Assembly: GCA_904063045.1 (NCBI GenBank)
Contig: CAJFCJ010000004.1
Coordinates: 494,195-558,194, forward strand
Length of the DNA stretch: 64,000 nt
Source of the DNA: Dimorphilus gyrociliatus
Taxonomy: Eukaryota; Animalia; Annelida
Direction of reading: 5' to 3'
The position numbers were made by a program, and so were the translations under genes. Every line of letters begins with the position of its first letter. The stretch's first letter is position 1. Positions 49,827 through 60,052 of this stretch are shown here, piece after piece. The notes under the pieces were generated by a model. The model was not told where the DNA came from and made no database searches. It saw only the letters and a list, made by a program, of their open reading frames with translations.

Positions 49827-50214
49827 GATGTTATTTTAATTTAATCAATATAAAATCTATTACTTCGGATTAATTAAGTTTTTAAATTTAAATCGAAACA
49901 ATTCTATGATATCATGTAATACAGTATTAAAAAAAATTGGCCATACTTTCGTCTTTTCTCCTTTCTTTTTTAATTGTTAACAAGTTTATTTGTTAGTATT
50001 ACAAAATAAATAGGCTAAAAAAAATTAAGTTAAAATATCTATTCTAACTCACTACCTTATAATTATCATAATTAATGTAGGCTATAATTATTTTAATTAT
50101 TCTCTATTATACAACAGCTAGTAAGTAGATAAGACACCAATACGGAAAATGTTATTGTTTGATAAGGCGAAAACAAAAGTTAAATACTAAAAGAAATTGT
50201 CAATTTTGTTTTTG

Positions 50215-50217
<3 letters not shown>

Positions 50218-50245
<28 letters not shown>
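50218..50245. repeat. (GA)14 microsatellite in the 3' region of the METTL24-like gene
   Basis: Read directly from the sequence. Confidence 0.9.
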
Positions 50246-50249
<4 letters not shown>

Positions 50250-50296
50250 ATAGAAAAAGAACAAATTTATATTTTTTTCTTTCTATTTTTCGCTTT

Positions 50297-52116
50297 TTAA
50301 CCTGTAAGCATACTTAGATTCAAATAGTAGACCTCAAATATATAAGTTCTTAATTCTCTGTCAATATAAAATCCTTTAGGATTCGCATGCGCGTGCCATC
50401 TTGCGAAACCCTTCTCTTCTAATCTCTTCAATAAACGCCACCTCATAGTAAACATTTTGGAATTAAAAAAGTCCAATGCAGCTGAAGGGTCACCAAAGTG
50501 AATTTCAAATCCCAACTGCTTAACATTTTTCAATCCATCTCCTTTAAAGAAATTTTCTAAAACGTCCCATTCAATCCATTCAATATCAAATTTAAGATAA
50601 TCAATTACAGAATCAACTTCGTCAAACTTTTTCAAGATTGAATGAAATGTAAAAAATTGAGCTTTCCGTCCTTTAACATCAATATTTGTATCTTTGCCAT
50701 TAAGACCATATGGATAGACGGACACGAAAGAGTTTCTTTCTGCTTCATTACTTAAAGTTGGATCGAAACTTCTTACTCGGCATCCATACTTTAGTCCAAT
50801 GGTGTCCTCAAAAGAGAGATCAGCTTTATAACCGAAAGAGTAAATAAGGCAAGGTGCTCTTGGTTTATAAATTCCGGCCGTGCAAATATTCCATCCACCT
50901 TCTTGTAAACTCCCTAATCTTTCTGATGAATGACAATGGATATCGGATTTTTGAAGCCATCTATATAAGCGTTCTTCGGCAATTTCGGTTGGAAGAAATT
51001 CATGAAGGTGAGTATCGTAGAGCGGTTCACTTCTGAATTTTAAATCATCTGGCAGTTTAACAGCTGGTCTTGAAGGAGATACAAAGTGATATAACTCGGC
51101 CTTATCATTAAACTTTTTATTATAGAAATATAGCGTGTAATATTCTGGATAATCTATACCAGTTCCTGACTTGTGTTTGTATTTCGATGGAATTGTCAAA
51201 TAATTTACAAAACCAGCACTTTTAAGCTGCAGGAGCATTTCAGCATATCGCTCGTAACTTTCAGAGCTTGTTAATCGACTCAGGTACAAATTCATAACAG
51301 TATGCCTTATTCTTTTAATAGCATTCGAACCAAGCGCCGATTGAATAATTGGTAATTCATTTCCCTCATAATTTAAAATTAGTAAATCGACAGCAGAATG
51401 ACCGTACTGGATCATAGTACTTGATATGGACTTATGGCGTTTTGAACCGATTTTAATATTCCTTGTTGAAAGCAACGAGTCTTCCAAATGAATATTATGA
51501 GGAGGTTTATTATTAGGTGATCTTGGAGCAAAGACGATAATATCACAGCCATAGACTCTCTGAAATGTCTCTTCAGCTTCAAAATCCTTCTCTGGATTTG
51601 ATCTCGCAGAATAGACAATACATGGTATACCAATTTTCAAGCTTGCAGACTCGTCTCTTCCATTAGATTCGCATATGTTCAGGCCAGGATAAATATGCTG
51701 AATTTTTGAACATTCGCTACGATTGGCATTAACAACTGACTTGTGTAACAACTCCGCTGCAACACTCAAAGGAAGAAATCTACTTATGGAATAAATGTGT
51801 GGTAAATCATCTTTCTTTGAGGATAGTTCAGCCGGTGACATGAAATTGTCAACCTTAGAAATAGCTCTTTCGGTCTGTAAATAGTTTGGGTAAAGTTACC
51901 ATAAATGAAACAAGTGTTAAAAATGGAATGGTTACCAATTGTCTGCCAGTTCTTCGGTATGTTATTAGAACTAGAACATACACTAAAACCGCACCGAAAA
52001 TCGCTACTGCTTTTGTGTGAAAGAAGAATTATAATTATCTTAATTAACATCATAGATCAACACAACAAGAGAAATTTAGTTAAATAAAATTACAAACTTG
52101 TTTTGAATACCATCAT
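50297..52116 (-). CDS. METTL24: METTL24-like (Methyltransf_22/FkbM-type) type II membrane protein with two tandem domains, about 556 aa
   Basis: Exons 52116-52098, 52009-51936 and 51874-50297 give the signal anchor VAIFGAVLVYVLVLITYRR. C-terminal domain has GGWNIC, CLIYSFG, YGCRVRSFDP, IDYLKFDIE and VKQLGFEIH. The N-terminal domain is a degenerate copy. Confidence 0.8.
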
Positions 52117-52825
52117 AGCTGACCAAACACCGAATGCTCTTAATTCTTAAAGTAGAACTCGCTGTTATACAACTCAGATACACGTCTAATAAACAACACA
52201 TGACTTGAGCAGAGTTCTTTTAAACGTCTCTTTTCTACATTAATTTTTTACATTACAAAAAAAATTTAGCTCGACGATCGCCCATTTTTATTACACGAAG
52301 TATTGATATAAAAATCCATGTAGTTGATTACTTAAAAAGATCTTTGTGTCTAGTTTTACAAATTATACGACTAATTCTAAAATAGAATAAAAATTTTATA
52401 ATTGTATTTCAATAAACAAATATTGTAAATTCTAGTAATTAATCCATTTACGAAAGGCCTAACTTTTTTCCCGCTGAAAAGTTATCTCACGTGATGCGCA
52501 TATTTACCCGGTTTCTGTTCCCAGTCGGTAATGAACACTGTTTATACAGATTGATCATCATTAGTATTAGAACCCATCTATTAATGCAGCCATATTTGTA
52601 TTAACTGACCATAGATTTTTTCATAATTTCTAATTGAAAATATCAACTGCTAAGGAAAAATTTTTGTCACAGATAGATATGTAAATAAACTATTAAATGC
52701 TCTCGTCGTTGACTTTTTTAAATAAATGTATAAAGCTTTCCTTTCATCATTTTTTTTAGACTGATTCTTTTTTGAAAACATTGTTTCATTTCTCAAGTAT
52801 ATTTTCAAATATCAAATAAATTAAA
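52117..52825. promoter_or_regulatory. Divergent promoter region between METTL24-like and CHTOP-like
   Basis: Head-to-head genes; TCACGTGA E-box at 52487-52494 directly followed by TGCGCAT. Confidence 0.5.
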
Positions 52826-53677
52826 ATGGTGCCAATCAAAATTCCACAAAAGATAGTACTAAGAATGTCAACTTCAATTTCTCTGCATGATAGGTAAGGG
52901 GTAAAAATGCAAGCCCATTTATCACGATATATATCACTGAGAGATGCCTCATTAAAAATAGATTTTCTAAAATTGCCGAATCCTCAAGCCATGAAGACAC
53001 TCAGCTTTTTGATATTCTGCAAAGACCTACCAATGGCGATGCAAGTGACACACTTACAGATAATAGCTCGGAAATTGAAGATTATTATAATAATCGCAAG
53101 AAAACTCCCAAGCAAAGAATCGTTCTAGCTCGACCTCTCCCTATTGGCATGCGATATACAAATGTGGATAAAATTAAAGTAATAGAATCTAATTTATTAT
53201 ACAATAGACCTCAACGAACATGCCATATTTTTCCCTCTCTTTTTATTCAGACGCAAAGAATCAGCGTTTTTGAGAGATTAGGATATCCTCGGAACAGGAG
53301 GTACTATAGAAATCGCAAAAATCGTTCACATCAAATAATCCAGAGATTGAATATATATACTCAGGACTACCACTTCAGAAATAGATTGTCGAATCTCAAA
53401 CAAAATTTTCACTTAGGCATAAAAGGCTTTAAAAAAAATCACAAACAGTTGAGAGAAAGACTGAATATAGGTTCAAGAATCAATAAAAACCATTATCGTT
53501 CAGAAGTATTTCAATATCAGTAAGAAATTATTACTTTATTAGAAAATTAAATATAAATAATATTTTTTTTTGTTCAGTTATTACAAACAACCTCAAGTTA
53601 AGTCAGTTACAAAAGAACAATTGGATAAGGAATTGGATGATTATATGATAGAAGGTGATAAAATTTTCAACTCTTAA
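52826..53677 (+). CDS. CHTOP: CHTOP/FOP-like mRNA export adaptor with a C-terminal UAP56-binding motif, 217 aa, 4 exons
   Basis: Exons 52826-52893, 52962-53178, 53251-53519 and 53578-53677. N-terminal PQKIVLRMSTSISLHDRF (cf. CHTOP PKVVLKSTTKMSLNERF); C-terminal TKEQLDKELDDYM (cf. TKEQLDNQLDAYM). Confidence 0.72.
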
Positions 53678-54066
53678 AGGAACAAGTGATTTTGTATATA
53701 TTTTTTTATTTTAATATATTGGTGTTTAGCGAAAGATGAGTAAAAATTGTTGTTTCTTTTTGTTGTAAGAGTTTTGTTCATTATCTTATTTCGTACAAGT
53801 TTTGACTTTAATTAGTCAGTGAAATGGGGTTAAAGTTTAATAAAGACAAACAATTAAAGTAAAAATTTAACCTTGATTATATTATTTAATTCATTTATTC
53901 TTCTATTCTTTTTATATTTAGATATTTAAGAAGGAAACTTAACCTTCGTTGAGAAAAATTGATTTTATTCCTCTTATATAAGATATATATTTCGTAATAT
54001 TTAAATTTAAAATATAATACTATAGGTGTCGCTCTTAATTCGAAAACGTGCCATACTTTTATCGCA

Positions 54067-54686
54067 ATGTCAGGCGGTCGAGCACTAACAGCAACTGTAA
54101 GAGCTGTTTCACAGCGAAAATTTAAACCAACGAAAGCCCCAATAATTCTAGTAAGTGGATGAGACATGTGTAAACATTATAGATAAATGTTTTAGCGAGA
54201 ATACTTTTTCATACTCGTTTGGATTGATATAAAAAGAGGGTTATAAAATAATATCGAAATTAAAGTTTCCTACGAATTGTACTGTTTATGCATAGAGGTT
54301 ATCTTAATAAAAGTCACAACATCTCTATTTAGGTTTATTGTGTTACATTATTCATTGCTTATTTTAAATATTTATAGACAGAAGCCGCCGTATCTCAAGT
54401 AAAAACTCTGCTGAAGTTAAAGCCAAATTCACAAGGTCTAAAAATTGGAGTGAAAACAAGAGGCTGTAATGGCTTAGCTTACACATTGGACTACTTCACG
54501 GAAAAATCTAAATTAGACGAGCAAGTTAATCAAGATGGTGTGACCATATTAATTGATAGAAAAGCTCAGCTTTCTTTATTAGGGACTGAAATGGACTATG
54601 TTCAAGAGCCTCTCAGCTCGCAATTTGTGTTCTACAACCCAAATATTAAAGGAACGTGTGGTTGTGGAGAAAGTTTTAACATATAA
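54067..54686 (+). CDS. ISCA1: Iron-sulfur cluster assembly 1 homolog, mitochondrial, 130 aa, 2 exons
   Basis: Exons 54067-54150 and 54378-54686. Motifs ATVRAVSQRK presequence, RGCNGLAYTL and NPNIKGTCGCGESF. Confidence 0.96.
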
Positions 54687-55523
54687 TAACACTAATGTAT
54701 AAAAAATAATAATAGACTTTTTATTGGCTGTTGAGGTAATTTATTGTTAATATCTAATATCAACAAGATTGTCTAAGAACACAACAAGGTGCTGATTTCT
54801 ATGACGATAAACAAAAGCGCTTATTCTCAAGTTAGTCGACCGGAGAAGCTTTCTCTTGTAAAAGATTTAAGTTTTGTTTAGTTCTTTCTTCTCTGTAAAA
54901 CACAGAGAAATATAAATATCATATGTAATGAAATTAAGTAAGCTATTAAGTAGGGAGAAGATTATGCTTGTAAATGACTTTCAAGTCTCTGAAGATTTTG
55001 TCAAAGAAGTATGCAAACTTAGACAGCAAACAACAAGTCATCCATCGTGTGGTTGGACAAAGGATAAGTATCACTTATAAGCTATAAAATAATAAAGAAC
55101 CTCTTGGAGGTTGCCTGGATATGCTCTGTTATACAGTTTATATTTATTCTACCCTCTGCAGTCATCCATAAACAATTGCAGACAAAAAAAATATGAATAA
55201 TATATGATTGGGAAAATTATTACTTTTGATGGTTTCTCTTTTATCGGTGAAACCATTTTTTTTTTCTTAAAGCTGGAATAATCTCTAAGAATCTTTCTCT
55301 CTTTTTCTGCTTACTTAATTTGCGAATTCCTTTTTCAAAGTAGCGTATTCTTCTTGGTTTCCTTTTTCTCTTTCTCATAAGTTCATTACAGCCCTTTTTA
55401 CCAGAACAACTAACCTTTTGGTAAAATGGGGTATAAAGAAATCAAATTCCTTCTCTGATCGACTATTCATAGAATTTACAATTTTTGCCATAGAAAAATA
55501 AAATTACATCTGAAAAAAACTTT

Positions 55524-58500
55524 TTATTTGGCCGAGGAAGTCTCTGCTTCACCCCCAGTTGGCGCTGGCCGTACTGAATCTGCTGAACTTTCCCTGGTCA
55601 CGCAAGCCGATTTCTCATGTGGCCAGATTTGTAATAGATATTCTAGAACTTGGCTGTACTGCCTTAAATTAGACGCTGCGTCAGGGACGGTTGAAGGTGA
55701 TGGACATAATAAAATAGGGCCGAATATTGACGCCAGAGCACCAGGCGTCATTTTGTTTATGTCGCTTTTCGAGGTCACGTGTCGCAGATGATCAAGAATT
55801 AGGTTAATTGTCAACTGATTACTTTTTGGTAGGCAATCTAAAATTGAGAGCATGAGTTGAGCGTTTCCGGCGGGATCCGATGGCAAGCGAACGCTTAAAG
55901 CATCCAAGAGCATTCGACAGAGGGCATTTGTAAATAAGGGTTCAGGTAGATGGCGTAAATAGTCTTTTAAAATCCCCGTCACAACGTTGATATCCGAAAC
56001 GGATTGTGGAGATAAATCAACTGTTTTGGAACATTTCTCGAACTCAGCCTTTAATTGAGACTTTCTAATAGCAGACCCACAGAGTCGATAAATACCAGCG
56101 TGTTCCAAGCCCCTCTTTTCTACTTCAGCTATACACTTTGATACTACATAAGGAATCGGAGTGTCTTCCCTTCTTAGAACACTTTCAATTGGCATACCGA
56201 ATAAATTAGTATGCCGTAAAGTTCTTTGAAAGAGTGTGGAAGCATCAGTAAACTGAACTTGCATATATAATGTCCCCTTAGGTTCTAAACGCAACGCTAC
56301 TTTGTGGATATCCTTACTGCTTCCCGTTAAGAGAGCATGAAGGGGTAATGAAGCAGTAAAACAAAGTCTATGTCTTGTACTTGGATCCCACGAATAGATA
56401 TGCACAAAAAAATTTCTTGATTTATCAGCCTCCATGTCGAATTTCTCATCCCAATCGAAATTTATTGCCCCTGTTCGAATCATTGTTCTTGCGACATGAG
56501 CGCCATCTAATTGAAGAACGCAATACAAATCTCTAAGAACAGTTCTGGCAGATTTTAATCCATGGGCGCTAAATAGATGGGTACTTAATAAACCCGTGTA
56601 AACTGAATTATTAGCAACTGATTTTCTTCTAGCCTCGTCGCATTTGATTATGTTGAACTCTTCAAGACGAATTTTCAATGGTTTCCGACCAAGTTGGAGC
56701 GATTTGCATTGGCCTTCACCTTCCGGTCTGCTGGGCCATTTCCGTTGCGGCGTTCTTTTTGGAACGCTGTTGTATTTGGAATTCCGACGCAATGAAGCCC
56801 AACTCCAATATTCCGCTGATGTATACGTTTCCTCTTCTGTTCCATTAGAGTTGCTACTTCTTTTAGATGCAGTAGCTAAGTAAAACAATAAAAAAGTTCA
56901 ATTATCTGTCCAATTGCGACAAAAAAAGAAAAGTAGGTGGGAGGGTTAGAGGACGTCGCCTGCCCGATTCCGTGATAATTAAACGAATCAGACGATATGT
57001 AGGCTGAATTCCCTAACGGCTCTACCGGCTATTTTCGTTTACGTTTCCTAAATCACATGACGTGAACCGGCATCACAGTGTATTAAGGGAAAAAAAATTA
57101 CATGGTCAGAATAGAAACAAAGAGAAGGACAAATGGAATATTTTATAAAGCCTTTTAGGCAGATTTTAAGCGAAAATTTTATTATTATATTATTGTATAG
57201 ACATCTCTTCGCTCTCTCTCTTTCCTGCATAGTTTGATTTGAAATTCATAGCCTGCGTTTGATCGATATTTTCTATTATAAGTTTGACGGAAAAATCTAT
57301 CTGTCTACTGTAAATTTTGATGAACCGATGACGTATCTGTTGGAGGATAAAACTTCCATTGTTTCCCCCCACCTCCAAATCCCCAGGCTACAAATCCTAT
57401 GCTGTAAATATTCGTTCTTTTTGCCTCCCTTTCCGGTTCACCCATACAAAAAAAAAACTAACGATTTTAGCCGAAGGTTATCATTGCTATATTGCTTTAT
57501 ATCTTGTTTTTTTTTTTAAAAAATAAATAAATATAATATATAAAATATATAGGTCTAAAGCTAATTCAATAGCTTTGCAATCGTTGCAAAGAATATTACT
57601 TTATGAGTACTATTCCAAAGGACTGAGGGCCTAGGTATGCATCACATTATTTACGTATGCTCATCGGATTAGTAGAGAGTTTAATCTAATCTGGATTTTA
57701 CTTTTTTTTCAACGATTTTAGCTAGATTTCTCAATTATTGTTGAGTATCTGAAAGATAAAACTATATAATATATCCTTAATAGGATTTAGCATTGTCGGT
57801 AAACTCTTTTCTTGTTCAATTTTCAGATTTGCTAAGTGCTGACATCTCTTGGTAAATTATTGATGTATGGAAGTTAATTGATAGGAATTGAATACGATTA
57901 GGCGCTTTATTTTCTGTTTAATGGATTGGGATTGAATATTTAGACAAATAACTCTTACTTTGCACAGGTATAGTATTCGAAGATGACGTCAGAACGGCCT
58001 GCAGTTCCGATTGCAAATGGTCTAATTTCCTCACCCAATCCTCTTCAGCGGCACCATCTTTCCCCGTATCAGCTCCGTAAACAAGTTCTGAATCCGATGT
58101 ATAATCATTCCTTTGAGGTTTTGAATAATGTCTAACCGTACTATATAAAAGAGAACCGTCTGAATAATTCTTTTCACTATCTGAAGAGTAATTCGTTCTT
58201 CTTCTCCTTCTGGAAGCGGGTGTTTGATATCCTAGTTCCGAGTCGGAAGTGTAACTATCCCTTAATTCGTATGGAGATAAGTTCATATAAGTATTGTTCT
58301 TTTCGTGTAGATGAGTAGCCGAGGTGGACCTCGTCGTATTCCTGGGAACATAGACTGGTTGTTGTTCTATGGCGGCTAGCGACGGACAACTAGCATTTTT
58401 AGACGCCGGTCTTCTTCTTATATTTAAGACCAATCTTTTCGGAATAGACATTAAAATCACAACATCGTCCAAACTCATTTTTTTCACTGTTACAGAATTA

Positions 58501-58691
58501 ACTGTCAAAATTTCATCTCCAACGTGCAATAGGCCATTCTGCTCAACCACGCTTGCAGCAGCTATCCGTGATATAAAAACGCCGTCAGCACGATCAGATC
58601 CGTTTCCTTCTCTTATATAGAAACCTAAAGATTGACCGGGACGTTTCAAAACTTCAACGGTCTGAAGTAACGACGTATCGGTGGACGCCAT
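55524..58691 (-). CDS. RhoGAP100F: Syd-1/RhoGAP100F-type PDZ-C2-RhoGAP presynaptic protein, about 694 aa, 2 coding exons
   Basis: Exons 58691-57959 and 56875-55524 (phase 1). [23 protein letters not shown]...GVFISR; C2 HLFSAHGLK...LYCVLQLD...WDEKF; Rho[36 protein letters not shown]. Confidence 0.92.
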
Positions 58692-60017
58692 TCCTGTTTT
58701 TGCTGTAGAGAACGTAGCCAACGCCCTCTAGACACCTGCAAAAGTCTATAATCGATACGGCGTCTCTTTTCCATAACCGTTGTTTGTCGGCGGTTAATTG
58801 AGGGCGGTTTTTCCTCTTTTTCTTTTAAAATTGCTACCAGAGCATTCCTGTTAACAGCTTAATCTAATTTGATAAGTTTACGACTGGATAAAAAAGAAGA
58901 AAACCTCATTTAATTAGGGTACCTACGCATTCGTACTACCATTTTATTTTACGGTTTCAATTTATTCCTCTATAAATCCCTATATAGCCCCTCGGGAATT
59001 TTTTTGGACGGTTTGGTTGATTTAGTCCTATCAACGGGTATCTCTAACCCAAAAATAATGATACAGTCTGTTGGTCTCGATAGATTTTTTTCGTTGAAAA
59101 ATATTTTTTTTTCCTCTTTTTGGTCTTTTCATTCTTATCATTTAATTCCATAAAGATCAAGTCTCAAGCCAGAAAAACTTTAAATAATCTCTTCTAAAGT
59201 AATGCTAATTTTTTATCCCTTGAAAAGACTTGAAACAGGAAATAGATGTTCTTTACGACTTTAACGCTCCAACGCATTCGCAAAATGACTGCAATAGTCT
59301 AAAAAATATTTTTTTCCAGTTTATATATTTATTGCTTAACGCCCTTTTATTTTCATCTCTTAACGAAAAAGTAGAAGGGAAGAAGGGGTGGGGGCTAACT
59401 AAACATTATACTGTAAGGAAAGAGAAGCTGGAAAATCCAAAGTAAAATGTGAAATCAGACGACTGATGTAAACGCTTTTAAAAATAGACGCCTTCGATTA
59501 ATCCTCATAGATTGGTGGAATTTCTTAATAAATTAGGCAAAGAGTTGAATCTCTTTTTTTTTCACCTAATTTATTAAAGGAAAATAACTAATAAAGCTAT
59601 AATAGATATGAACAGTTGAATAAAATGTAACAGAATACAGGGAGGAATAATAATAATTAGCAGAAAAAGGATGTTAATTCGTTTTTATGGCTTCAGAGAC
59701 CTTTGCAGGCAATAAAACTAGTTAGTTTTTTCCTTCTCCAATTTATTCATTTCCATACCTATTCCTACACATATTAATGACATCAATGTAATCAAACTAA
59801 TCTCGTTCATTATTGATTATTTAGCGATTTTACAATTATAGAACAATAAGCTCAACGTTTAACAATATAGTAAACAGTACTAGTTTTTTTTTATTAATAA
59901 TTATAGGCTTATCATAAAACATGAAAACTTTTTTATCCCTTTTCGTTCCCCTCCGTTAAATAGTAAAATAGCACAACAAAAATAAAAAAAAACAGAATAT
60001 ATAGAGCGAAAGAAAAG

Positions 60018-60020
<3 letters not shown>

Positions 60021-60050
<30 letters not shown>
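60021..60050. repeat. (AG)15 microsatellite
   Basis: Read directly from the sequence. Confidence 0.9.

Positions 60051-60052
<2 letters not shown>

Noticed and set aside
59329-59339. TTATTGCTTAA, matching the 5' end of miR-137
   Set aside because: AT-rich 11-mer expected by chance; no hairpin and the 3' half does not match.
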